A DNA stretch of 36,903 nt from Salisapilia sapeloensis CBS 127946. Lineage: Eukaryota > Protista > Oomycota. The stretch spans positions 1 to 36,903 of the forward strand of contig JAADVB010000192.1 in NCBI GenBank assembly GCA_023334545.1, in the 5' to 3' direction. Made by a program: the position numbers and the translations under genes. Below are positions 1-10,419 of the stretch, one piece after another (position 1 is the stretch's first letter; each line of letters starts with the position of its first letter). Below the pieces are notes generated by a model. It saw only the letters and a list, made by a program, of their open reading frames with translations, had not been told where the DNA came from and did no database searches.

Positions 1-534
1 CGGATCTCGGAGCCCACCCGGCAGGTAGATGTCAATGTCAGGGCAGTCCTGTATCGCATCGTACACGTCCACGTCGTTTCGATCCACCAATTTGTAAAGT
101 TCTGCTGATGTCGCATTGCCTTGGTACGCAAAGTCCCATGGGATTATACTATCCTTACGTTCTATGCAAATCTCATGGAGAAGACTTAAATGGAGAATGT
201 CCTGCTTAGAAACCGGATCGCTCCAATTGGTCTGCATGACTCTCACCGGGTAGAATGACTCATCTTCTTCGGGTACGGTTGCAAGAAACCGCTTGAAAAA
301 GTCACCTTCCTCCTCATGTTCACCCGAGTAGTAAGCTGGAAAGTTGCGATCCCAATGGGAAGACTGGTGCTTTAGCTGTATGTAGTCATATCTGAATGAT
401 TGAGGGCTGCGTGGAGACCTCGTTGAAGAATTCCTTATCGCTTGCAGACCGGAAAGCTCAAGGTAGAATATGTACGCACCAACTATGCAAATGCTAATGA
501 GGAAGGCAAGTCGGTGACTCAGTGCTTTGTTCAT
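1..534 (-). CDS. Glycosyltransferase paralog, N-terminal 178 codons (runs off the window edge); type II membrane anchor
   Basis: Hand translation from ATG at 534 is open to base 1: MNKALSHRLAFLISICIVGAYIFYLELSG...FLATVPEEDESFYP...LHLSLLHEICIERKDSIIPW...QDCPDIDIYLPGGLRDP. This aligns motif by motif with the 2623-4386 product (FLSTVPAEDGDFYP...IHLSMLHEVCVNRTESIISW...KKCPDIDIYSPRLRRDP). Absent from the ORF track because it has no stop in the window. Confidence 0.8.
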   Translation of the reverse strand, partial: MNKALSHRLAFLISICIVGAYIFYLELSGLQAIRNSSTRSPRSPQSFRYDYIQLKHQSSHWDRNFPAYYSGEHEEEGDFFKRFLATVPEEDESFYPVRVMQTNWSDPVSKQDILHLSLLHEICIERKDSIIPWDFAYQGNATSAELYKLVDRNDVDVYDAIQDCPDIDIYLPGGLRDP

Positions 535-553
535 TCTCGTCTTCACCAAATGT

Positions 554-562
554 GCAGAAATG
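554..562 (-). promoter_or_regulatory. Putative oomycete initiator (Inr plus FPR-like) upstream of the left glycosyltransferase
   Basis: Minus strand reads CCATTTCTGCACATTT about 20 nt upstream of ATG 534, resembling the oomycete YCATTYY initiator plus MWTTT flanking element. Motif match only. Confidence 0.35.
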
Positions 563-2622
563 GTAGCGCTTGGTGGAATTAGACGTAAAAAAGAACAACT
601 GAGATGTACTGAGCCTTCGACATTTTTCAATTTCTAGTTATCAAGTATGTGCGCGGAGCCCACCCCTTCGCACCCTTGCGACTCCAACGGAGCAAGGTCT
701 CTCTATTTCTTTAATGTAATGACAACCCGGATATTCTACCTGATCCCTATTGCTTCCGACGGTATTTAACGTTTAAATTTTAATTGAGGATAGCAATGGA
801 GCTACGCTAATCTTGGGACTGTCCTGCTCTTTCGTTTGCATAAGCCGTTAAAGTTCCACTTCTACCTAACTTCAACATTTGGATACAGATGCACTTAGAA
901 GTGCTTAAACGATGTAAGTCCAGCATGTCGCGGAGCAAGCACTTAAATTGCAACAATTTACTTGAACACTTTGCTTCGGTGCAATACTGAAGAAGTCTCG
1001 CAATGTACCCGAAAGGTTAGCCGCAAACTGGTCAAATTTATTGGAACATGCGAAAAACTAATCAAAGCAATTGACAAAACGAGATCCCAAAGCGGTATTC
1101 GCTCTAGGTTACCAGGTCTGCAACCCTTTCGATCTACCGGTCATTAGCAATGTGCGCTTGCAGAGTGTTCAAAGTCAATTAAAGCGGGCTTGTTATTGGC
1201 ACTTGTGCAATGGGAAGCGACATGTTAACTAAAGTTGGAAAAAGTGGTCGAGCGGAGGATCGCAAGTGGTGGTAAGAGCCAACGCCTTCACAGGCTACAC
1301 CGTGCGATGATGTATATTTTAACGCGTAGATACAAAATTAAACTGTAAGTCTAATATAAATGGGTCAATGAGCTCTTGATGTCATACTAACACTCACTTC
1401 TCTAAATGAAGCAACATACTCAGGCTCTTTAAAGCGGATATCAACACACCAAGCTGTATTTATCTAGCATCTGGCGTGGCAACACAGCTTTAGTCACTAC
1501 CGAACTACAATCCGCCTTTGCTCGCTAAGATGTGGAGCCCGCAAATCTAAAAACACATATCAAGCCTGTGTATGCATATTACTTTATGCGCTCGCGTAAG
1601 CACTTGCTGTGTCTCTATTATTTTAGTCGATTCCCTTATGCGCTACGAACCACCATATCATAGTTTTCGTAGAGTAATCGACAAAATATGAGAAACTAAG
1701 CAAACTTATGGCAGAATGTGGGGTCGTCGACACGATGCGAGTTCAACTTCAAGCGAGCACAGCTAGACGAAGGAAGAAAAGAGATTTCAGATAGATGTAG
1801 GCTATTAAGCATAAGAAATATTCAGACTAGAAGGAAGTATAAGCAGAGTCTCAACTTAAGCAGGATCTTTAGAAACTTTCACCTCCTAGTTGGTCGATTT
1901 TAGAGCTTTCATATAGAACCCACTCATGACAGAGCTTCCGCTATCTTGTTGCATGAAGCATAACTGTAGAAGTGAGTCAAAAGGGCGTGTCTAAAGAAAC
2001 CAATATAAGAGTGGCACATTATATTACTAATGCTTTTCACCAATTTTACGCATTTTTGAGCGCGCAGAGAGCGGAAACACACCGGAGCGGAGCAATGGTT
2101 GTAGTTGTGGCGCGAGCTCGGAATATACCCCAGGAGAAGAGGAACCTTGTTTGGTTTTCTGGAACACTGTAGCGAAGCCTAGGTGGCGACTTGAATGCTC
2201 TCATCGGAGCGCAGCGACTCGAGCGCGTTCATTGGCTTTTAAACACGTTTTACTATGCGCAGACGCTACGAAACTTAGCATAAACGCTGCGAATATCTTT
2301 AACCCAAGACCTATAATTGGTGGTTCTAGCTAAAGCCAAACATGAATGCTTTAATTTCTTTTTCAACTGCAATTTCAGATAGCTCATTTCTGCTTTGCCA
2401 TGACATTCCGTGAATTGCTCGAAATGAAGCAAAATTCGTTTCGCTCATTTTATCTTTTTATTTTGTCTGGCATGCACATTGCGACTTAAGTTCGGCTCAG
2501 AAATGGATTATACACTAGTCCGTATGTTTTCGGGCAGGCGTACCTAGTAGCACGAATGCTGAAGACTGTTCAATTTCAAGTCGGCACGAAAGGCGAATTG
2601 GGCACTGAATCAGCAAATTTCA

Positions 2623-4386
2623 ATGCACCGGCGATTATCGGACGCTTCGGCTATCGAAGACCTTGATAGCCCACCACTTGGAGAGAAGGAGGTATCCGAT
2701 TCAATTCCCAAGCGACGATCCACTGCGCCATTTCGTGTCATCGCGACACTTGCTCTTGCTGCGACTACCTTCCTCCTACTAGACCTCTCTGTATTGCACA
2801 GAGTCAGCCCCTACTATCTGCGCAGCAATTGTACGTGATATTTGATTTAAGCTACCATTCAACTTGTACTTATGCAGTGTCATGAAGCTTTAGCTTTAGA
2901 ATGGACAGAGTTTTTGTCGACGGTGCCTGCAGAAGATGGTGACTTCTACCCGCCTGGAATATTAGACTCCGAGTGGGCAAAACCAATTCCACATGAAGAT
3001 GCCATCCACCTCAGCATGCTCCATGAAGTCTGCGTTAATAGAACAGAAAGTATCATTTCATGGCACTATGGCGCTTCCAATGGTACTTTGACTACCATTG
3101 ACCGACACGACCCTTTGGTCGTGCAAGAGCTGAAAAAATGCCCTGACATCGACATCTACTCGCCAAGACTAAGAAGAGATCCTGGTTATTGCGAAGACGC
3201 CGTTGGATATGCAAAATGTACGATATCGCATGCCTAGTGCACTACTTTGTACTCATCTTATGGTAGATCTGGAGACGAGGCTTCTGCCGGAATGGGTGTT
3301 CAACTCCACCTTCATTGATCCCGAGACCGGGAAAGAAACAACTTATTTGCAGCTTTGTGCTGATAATCCAATCATCGTCTTTAATCACTATTGGGATGGC
3401 TATGTAGGGTCTCCAGAGTGGCCCAGTACCAAACCCATCTACGTGATGCCGAACATTGAGATGTACGAGCTCCGACCAGAGCACTATTGGAAGGTCGACA
3501 AAGTGCTGTGTAAGACGGCTGTGTGTGCTCGGAGAGTGCAGCAATGGTACGACCAAGAAGGGAATCCAAACAATGCTGAAGTTGTGTACACGAGACACAC
3601 TTCCTCCGACGTAGCAGCTTTAGCAAGACATCGGCTCGGAGACGACGATGTCAAGGAGAAGGATTTTGGTCACTTGGAGTTTACCCACATCAATGGCAAA
3701 AGGTACCATCGTGTCTCGTAAAGTATGATTCTTGACTAAGCGTATACCTTTGTAGCGTGCAGAAGAGTACCATTCAGATACTCCAGTGTTGGCTTTCACA
3801 ACCAGATCTACCGAATCTACACGTATACTTGCACCCAGAAAGATACACGGGCTACATGAGCAATGCTAAATTACGTGACTCGCTGTCCAAAGCCGATAAC
3901 ATTATCTTCCACTCTGGATTTCTCAGCTCCAATGACTTTGGTCGTATCCTATCCGAGTCGACCATGATGCTATGCCCAAGCGTCATGGAAGGATATGGGC
4001 ACTATATTAATCAGGCACGAGCTGCTGGCACGACCATTCTTACGACGGACGTCCCACCGATGAATGAATTGGTCACACCCGATTCTGGTGTCCGCATTAA
4101 CGTCAGTCGATATGGTGACAAGAAGCAGCTACTTGGCGGTGTCTTTGGTGGGAAAAAGGGATTGCACGGACTACCTGGACTTCGTGCTCGAGTGAAAGCG
4201 CCTGATGTCTGTCAAGGTGTACTAAAGATGGTGAGAACCAAGCAGCACGAACGAGTTCGGAAAGCCGAGGTCGCTCGGAAGCAATACAATATTGATGTAC
4301 GATTTTTCGCAGCGAAGATGAATGAGCTACGGACGAACGCTCGTCGGCAGCGAGAATATACAGAATCTTTGGTCATCATGCCGTAG
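2623..4386 (+). CDS. GT-B fold (GT4-like) glycosyltransferase, type II membrane protein, 4 exons, about 532 aa
   Basis: Exons 2623-2830, 2894-3217, 3267-3702, 3756-4386 (1599 nt). Introns GTACGT..TAG (first acceptor least certain), GTACGA..TAG, GTACCA..TAG. N-terminal TM (VIATLALAATTFLLLDL). C-terminal LCPSVMEGYGHYINQARAAGTTILTTDVPPMNELV matches the GT-B nucleotide-sugar binding motif. Confidence 0.85.
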
Positions 4387-5247
4387 TGTAGCGGAAAGAT
4401 AAATAGACTGAAACCTGCGTCGACAACAGCTTCCGTATAGCCTTTCCCTTCGTTTCAGCAAATGCTCCTATCTTCCTTTTGGGCAATCTCAATTACATCA
4501 GCTAATACGCAGTCCCAAGGACATGACAGTTTGACTTGACACTGCCGTTGATGCCACCTTGAGCTCGACGACCTTCATGTCTGAACACGAGATGATGGTA
4601 GTTGGATCATGAGGTTGGCACAAGTACAGTACACTCGGATAGTAGTTAAAAAAATTAATCGAGCGAAATTAAAGTTGACAACGTCCATTTAAATAGTCGA
4701 TTCGTTTAGGCATGCAATCCCAAGCGTTCTCAAAAAAGCATGACTGACGGGAGGAGATAGACGTTGCTAGGTTGATAGCAGTACTAAAATTACCATTTTA
4801 ATTATATCGTAGGCAAATGTCTTCGTGCACTCTAGCATCTATTACAAACAAACAAATAATCGTATATGTTTGTAGAGCTCACGCCATGCACATCGACATC
4901 ACCAATCGAACACTAGGCGTCCTTCCATCATAAGCAATTTATTACTCGAGATGAGCGACTTTAGCAGATAATACTACTTGGAGGAATGGCTTCTGTTAGA
5001 CATGGAGGACAAGGAGCAGATCGCATGTGGGCACCGAGAAGACGTACACCTTATAGATCCTAGGATCTATGAGAACTGAATATAAATGAGAAGGCAAATG
5101 ATGAGGAAGTGTGTGTGCGATATGGGATGCAGTCGACAAGCCGACGCTACAATGTAGCCGAGCAGTACTGTAAAATGTGGCGGCCATGCATTACAATATC
5201 AAGGTCATGAAAGACTTGTCCTATTGTTATTTATCTGTAGACGGTGC

Positions 5248-5500
5248 TTAAGTAAAAATCGGATCCGGAGTCTGCGTTGGCAAGAGTCCGAAGCGCTTCT
5301 TGGTGGTAATGCGCTCCTTGGAGAACTTGTCATCGGGCGAAAAGCGGGCTGGGTGGGCAGACTGGGTCGGAGTGCCTTCCGGATCCTCTTTCTATTGGCA
5401 GTTTCAGTTTTTGTTCCTATAAAGAATCCGCAGCATCCTAACATACCTTGAGCGTGTAGACGCGCTTGCCGTCGGAGCCAGTGTAGTACATGAGATGCAT
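5248..5500 (-). CDS. NOP10: H/ACA ribonucleoprotein subunit Nop10, 2 exons, 65 aa
   Basis: Exons 5500-5447 ([18 protein letters not shown]) and 5391-5248 ([47 protein letters not shown]), with a 55-nt GTATGT..TAG intron. [14 protein letters not shown] is the Nop10 signature. Not in the ORF track. Confidence 0.95.
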
Positions 5501-5761
5501 GGCTGGTTTTCGCTCTCTTTTATTCTGTTTAGTGTCTTCAATTTCAGCAATTTCTTTTTTTCAAAAAAATAAGTCGAGATGACTGGCCTGCTGGGCCTTG
5601 TTCATTAGACTCGGTTTTTGTATGGCGCGCGCCAAGTGTCTTGCCGTTTGTATGCCGTATGTGATTGGCTCTGCTGCCCTGAAAATAACAAATTCGCTCT
5701 TCCAACCCAAAGACGCGTCTCCCCCTAGTTAACTTTATTATCGTCTAGACGCTTCGCAACT
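5501..5761. promoter_or_regulatory. Putative bidirectional promoter shared by NOP10 and Ran
   Basis: 261 bp between divergent ATGs. Contains T7-C-A7 (5555-5569), the palindrome TGGCGCGCGCCA (5623-5634) and an inverted CCAAT box GTGATTGGCT (5661-5670). Confidence 0.6.
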
Positions 5762-6609
5762 ATGGTAAGCATCCTTCTCTTTAGTCTGGGTGCCATGAGA
5801 CCTCGAACGTGTTCCAACATGCTGTCTCGGGCGCTCATTTATGTACCCATTTACAATACCACTCGATCTCACACCTTTTGTCTTCATGAACACACAGGCA
5901 CAGCAACAAACGCCTGAATTTAAGCTCATCCTCGTCGGTGACGGTGGTGTCGGCAAAACGACGTTCGTGAAACGCCACTTGACGGGTGAATTCGAAAAAA
6001 AGTACGTCGCGACGCTCGGTGTCGAAGTCCACCCGCTCGTCTTCCACACCAACTTCGGCCCGATCCGCTTTAACTGCTGGGATACGGCCGGTCAGGAAAA
6101 GTTCGGTGGTCTCCGTGACGGATACTACATCCAGGGCCAATGCGCCATCATTATGTTCGACGTCACGTCCCGTATTACGTACAAGAACGTCCCGAACTGG
6201 CACCGTGACCTCTTCCGTGTGTGTGAAAACATCCCGATCGTCCTCTGTGGTAACAAGGTCGAGGTCAAGGACCGTAAGGTGAAGGCCAAGCAGATCACGT
6301 TCCACCGCAAGAAGAACCTGCAGTACTTTGACATTTCGGCTAAGAGCAACTACCAGTTCGAAAAGCCCTTCCTCTGGCTAGCGCGCAAGCTCGTCGGGTA
6401 CGTATTCGCTTCCATATTCGGTTTTTGACATCTTGTTCACCAGTTTTGTTTTTGTTTCTAACAGTGACAACAACCTGGCCTTCGTCGAGGCGCCGGCGCT
6501 CGCACCCCCTGAGGTGTCCATCTCGCAGGAGCAGATGCAGCAGATTGAAAAGGAACAGTTGGAGGCTGCCGCTGCCGCCCCACTCCCGGAGGAAGATGAT
6601 GACATTTAA
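5762..6609 (+). CDS. RAN: GTP-binding nuclear protein Ran, 3 exons, 215 aa
   Basis: Exons 5762-5764 (ATG only), 5898-6397, 6465-6609. Introns GTAAGC..CAG and GTACGT..CAG. Motifs [29 protein letters not shown] and acidic tail LPEEDDDI. Confidence 0.97.
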
Positions 6610-6685
6610 ATCGGGTGCTTTTTGTCCACAAATCCACGCGACAAGAATACAACCATCGATTTTCTCTTTTCTTTATTCCATCTCA

Positions 6686-7100
6686 TTAAAGGTTATTCCC
6701 ATTGTCCTGGTTTTTTGCGTTGCCTGTTAAACGACGGAATTTCTGGGCGATTTCATCAAACTCCGTTGACAGATCGTCGAGGCAGTTCGCGAGTGCTTCA
6801 ACAGGAGACGATGAATCGTTCGTCTGGACGCGGACGACAATGTCGTGGTTGAGTGGGTGAGGGTGCTGATACCCACTGAAGCTTACGTTCGGATCCCGTA
6901 GCAGTTGCCTAGTTTACCATCAGTACAATAGAATTGATGGTAGGAAGAAAAGCATACATTCGAACGAGATTGCCAACAGTGTGGTCTTCTCGCAAAATCT
7001 TGAATCGACCAGCGTTCGAAATCTTCGTGTCCTTCTCGTACGTCACTTTCTGAGAGCCTTCTGGCAACAGGTACGAGTCACTACGAGGTGGAGCGTTCAT
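6686..7100 (-). CDS. RPB11: RNA polymerase II subunit RPB11, 2 exons, 121 aa
   Basis: Exons 7100-6958 and 6908-6686 with a 49-nt GTATGC..TAG intron. MNAPP...[30 protein letters not shown] is the RPB11 signature. Confidence 0.95.
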
Positions 7101-7426
7101 CTTGTCGTCTCAAATGGAAGCTAGGGGATGCGAGACAGCGGGCAGACGCAGCAAAACCAGGTCGCACCAAATTGTGTTTGCTTTCGTTGTTTCCAGTGCT
7201 CTTTACGTCAAATCAAATTCATCCAAAATAATGTTTACTGCGAATAATACAAATCCAAAGTCAAGTCTTAGAATTATGACATCTATTTAACATAAAAGAA
7301 CAAAATAGGATGCATACCATATTATTTACCACTCGAGGACATACGTTATGGTGGACACAATGCTGCATGGATTGGGACGACAACAAATTGTGCAACGACC
7401 CGTGGACATTAGAGACTAGAGGTGCC

Positions 7427-8935
7427 ATGGCCGACGCGAAGGCTACGAGGAGACCAAATGCTGGTCCGAAGCATGGGTACCATAAGAGGAGACAGCCACC
7501 GCAGCGAGGAAAAAATTTTCGACGCAATTGGACTACGTACGTACCGGCGTCGACACTAGAGGACGGTGCTGAATCGCCATTTCGCCTCTGCTGCTTCAAT
7601 GTCTTGGCCGACTACTTGGCCACTAGTCATACGGAGATGTACCCAGGCTCAGACGTTGAATGGAGCCATCGTCGAGGTTTGCTTTTGAAAGAGATCTTTA
7701 AGCTCGATCCAGACATTATCTGTCTGCAGGAAGTCGACCACTTTGAAGACTTTTTCCAGCCAGAGTTGGAAGAGGTATCTCTATCACTAAAGACTATCGC
7801 TTTATACACAATTGACGAATATGTGGATGTATAGAATGGGTACAGTGGGTTTTACAAGCAAAGGTGATTTATTGATATATCGATCTATCGTGTCCAGTTT
7901 AGACTAACGTGATGTCTTTTCAGAACGGGTGAGACGACGGAAGACGGATGTGCCATCTTTTTTAAGCGTGCCAAGTTCGATGCTATCCAAGTCCTTCCGA
8001 TTGAGCTTTTCCAGAGCGAAGAGTCGACACTCAACCGCCATAACGTCGCTTTGGCTCTTGTCCTACAGCCTATCACCAAGACATTATCGCCACCTACTCC
8101 ATTCGTTGTCGCGACCACCCACATCTTGTTCAATCCAAACGTACACGTTCATACTTTACAAGTATATCACCTATCTGATGTCTTTGGAAATAGAGAGGAG
8201 AGGTTAAACTAGCACAGTTGCAATGGCTGCTGCAGTATTTGTCCAACGTCATCGGCGCACCAGTCGACGGAGACGACGAACCAAAGTTAGGGAGTGAGAA
8301 GAGAATGCCGCTAATCCTCGCTGGAGACTTCAACTTGACGCCTCAAAGTGCCTTATACGAGTACTTGAGTCGAGGCGAGCTGAACCTAACTGGACTCTCT
8401 CGACACGTCCTCAGTGGTCAGGACTATTCGTCCGATAAACCTTATCAAGTAACACAACAATTCGTCTTAGACACACACACACACTTACATGTACACTAGC
8501 GACTGCTGTATAAACGCGGTCGAGAGAAAGATCCGAGTCGACACAAGAACTGTGGCACGGCAGCACTCCGCTTTAATCCGTCCGAAGCCAACCGGACTCA
8601 CTCGGACTTTCCTGAAGAAACAGTCTCGCACAACGTACGTCTTCCTCTACTATCTAAAATTCATACATCTTACATCTTGCTTCTAGTTGGGCCTGTCGAG
8701 TGCGTACGCTCAGAACCCGACGGACGAGTGCACGGGCGAACCAGCTTACACGACGTTCCACTCGAGATCCAAGATCACGGTTGACTACCTCTGGTACACC
8801 AACGCCAACCTCCGTTGCTGCGGCGTGCTGGAGACAATCCCGATCGGTCTCCTCCTCTCGGCATCCGACCCGTTGCCAAGCGGAAACCTCGGCAGCGACC
8901 ACCTATCGCTCGTGGCAGACTTTCAATTGACATAA
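7427..8935 (+). CDS. Angel/CCR4/nocturnin-family EEP phosphatase or deadenylase (Angel-like), 6 exons, 410 aa
   Basis: Exons 7427-7774, 7835-7863, 7924-8140, 8194-8448, 8500-8634, 8687-8935 (1233 nt). Motifs FNVLA, ICLQEVD, DGCAIFF, THILFNPNRGEVKLAQ, ILAGDFN, VDYLWY, GSDHLSL. Confidence 0.87.
8471..8484 (+). repeat. (AC)7 microsatellite inside intron 4 of the Angel-like gene
   Basis: ACACACACACACAC read directly within intron 8449-8499. Confidence 0.85.
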
Positions 8936-8985
8936 ACTCTCATTTGCTTAAGCCACGTGCTGTATTGACATCCTACGACATCTAC

Positions 8986-10419
8986 CTAGTTGTATCTTTT
9001 CCATAGCTGCACGCCAGCGTACGCGACCGCGGCGACACTCGCGACACCCAATGCCTTGATCTCCATTGGGAAGCCAAAGGCCGGGACAGCTGGCACCGGG
9101 ATGTTGGCCGGGTCCTCGTACAGCCTCGTGGCCTTGAACTTGCTGTCTCGGACGATAGCGGCAGCTCGGCGACCGGCAACGAATCCATCTTCATGGAAAC
9201 CTCTGCCGAGCCAACTTCCGGAGAGCGTGATGCCTTCTTCATCGAGAATTTCATTCTCTGGGAGACAGTCGGCTAGGAGCTTGGGGTGGTCCCATCGGAA
9301 GGACTTGATAATCGATTCCGACGACGGCAAGAGCTCCGTGAAGTCGTGTGGTGTGATGGTGACAAAGACGCTCTTCTTGGACGCTAGACGCTGGATTCGG
9401 TTCATCCAGTAGGTTAGAATGTACTGGTCCTTTTGCGTAATGAGGACGTTCCAGGAGCTCCAGACCTTGGAGTCGGATGGTAGGAACGACGGGTCTCGAT
9501 GGATGTACATCATGCTCTTGTGGAAAGCGTACTTCATAAGAGACTCAGCGCCTTGAGGACTAAAGTGCTGGATGAACTTGGCAGACGTGTCGGCGTGGGT
9601 GGCCAAGACGACGTGGTCGCACTCGATCACTTCCTTGGTGTCTAGGACGACACCTTTGCCTTTGGCTAGCACCTCGGACACGGAACAGTTGTACCGGATG
9701 TGGCCGTTGTGTTCCTCCGTAAAGAACTTGATGAACGGTTCGATGTACGCAGAGCCGATGTAGTACCACAAATGCTTTGGACGGTCCGTACGACGTCCCA
9801 AGGCTCCCATGACCACTTGCCAGAGCGGAATGTAGAGGGAATTGGCGTGCGTCTTTAGGCAACGGAGGAATTGAGAGACAGGCAAGTCCAATACATCTTC
9901 CTTTGGGATGGTCCATAGGATCGCCACGAATGCCAAAAAGTAGTGACGGAAGAACTCGCTCGAGAAACGAGGCGACGCCATCCACTCGCGCGTCGTCATT
10001 GTCTGTTGCTCGATCTCATTGTCCGTCAACAAGTCCATCGTGAACTTGTAAATGTCGGACAGGATGCGCCAGATGCGAGCATCGAAGAGAGACGAGACGG
10101 AGTCGAAGGGCTTTCGAGACGAGAATTGGACGTCACCAGGGACTTGGGACGTGACGGTGAGACTCATGGGAATCCGCTTGTTGGTCGTTCCGTCGGCATT
10201 GGTGATTCCGAGCGACTTGAACCAGTCCTTGATGTTCGGGTTCGAGTCTCCGAACATCATGAAGCCAATGTCCACGAGCTCATTGTCGATTTCCACGTCA
10301 TACGTGTGTCCACCGAGTCGATCATGCTGCTCCAATAACGTCACGTCATGGCCGTCTTTCACGAGGTGGTAGGCAGCAGAGATACCACCGATACCACCGC
10401 CAACAACAACGACTTTCAT
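8986..10419 (-). CDS. FAD-dependent oxidoreductase, amine-oxidase superfamily (COG2907-like), 477 aa, C-terminal hydrophobic tail
   Basis: Intronless ORF, likely starting at MKVVVVGGGIGGISAAYHL (ATG 10419). Rossmann GxGxxG, RLGGHT, VDIGF, WSSWN, TYWMNRIQ and GFHEDG motifs typical of this family. Confidence 0.88.
   Translation of the reverse strand: MKVVVVGGGIGGISAAYHLVKDGHDVTLLEQHDRLGGHTYDVEIDNELVDIGFMMFGDSNPNIKDWFKSLGITNADGTTNKRIPMSLTVTSQVPGDVQFSSRKPFDSVSSLFDARIWRILSDIYKFTMDLLTDNEIEQQTMTTREWMASPRFSSEFFRHYFLAFVAILWTIPKEDVLDLPVSQFLRCLKTHANSLYIPLWQVVMGALGRRTDRPKHLWYYIGSAYIEPFIKFFTEEHNGHIRYNCSVSEVLAKGKGVVLDTKEVIECDHVVLATHADTSAKFIQHFSPQGAESLMKYAFHKSMMYIHRDPSFLPSDSKVWSSWNVLITQKDQYILTYWMNRIQRLASKKSVFVTITPHDFTELLPSSESIIKSFRWDHPKLLADCLPENEILDEEGITLSGSWLGRGFHEDGFVAGRRAAAIVRDSKFKATRLYEDPANIPVPAVPAFGFPMEIKALGVASVAAVAYAGVQLWKRYN

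Noticed and set aside
5098-5104. ATGATGA resembling a snoRNA C box near NOP10
   Set aside because: No CTGA D box or terminal stem at a suitable distance downstream.
5790-5897. Possible H/ACA snoRNA in Ran intron 1 (GAGAC/GTCTC stem, ACAATA, terminal ACA)
   Set aside because: The second hairpin region is a polypyrimidine tract with no convincing pairing. An Infernal or snoReport search would be needed.
5835-6305. 156-aa minus-strand ORF opposite Ran; similar antisense ORFs at 9943-10338, 17710-18273, 25774-26286 and 32241-32867
   Set aside because: They lie opposite clear genes and show no recognisable motifs. The one I checked (32241-32867) is exactly in codon register with the sense gene, the usual shadow of biased codon usage.
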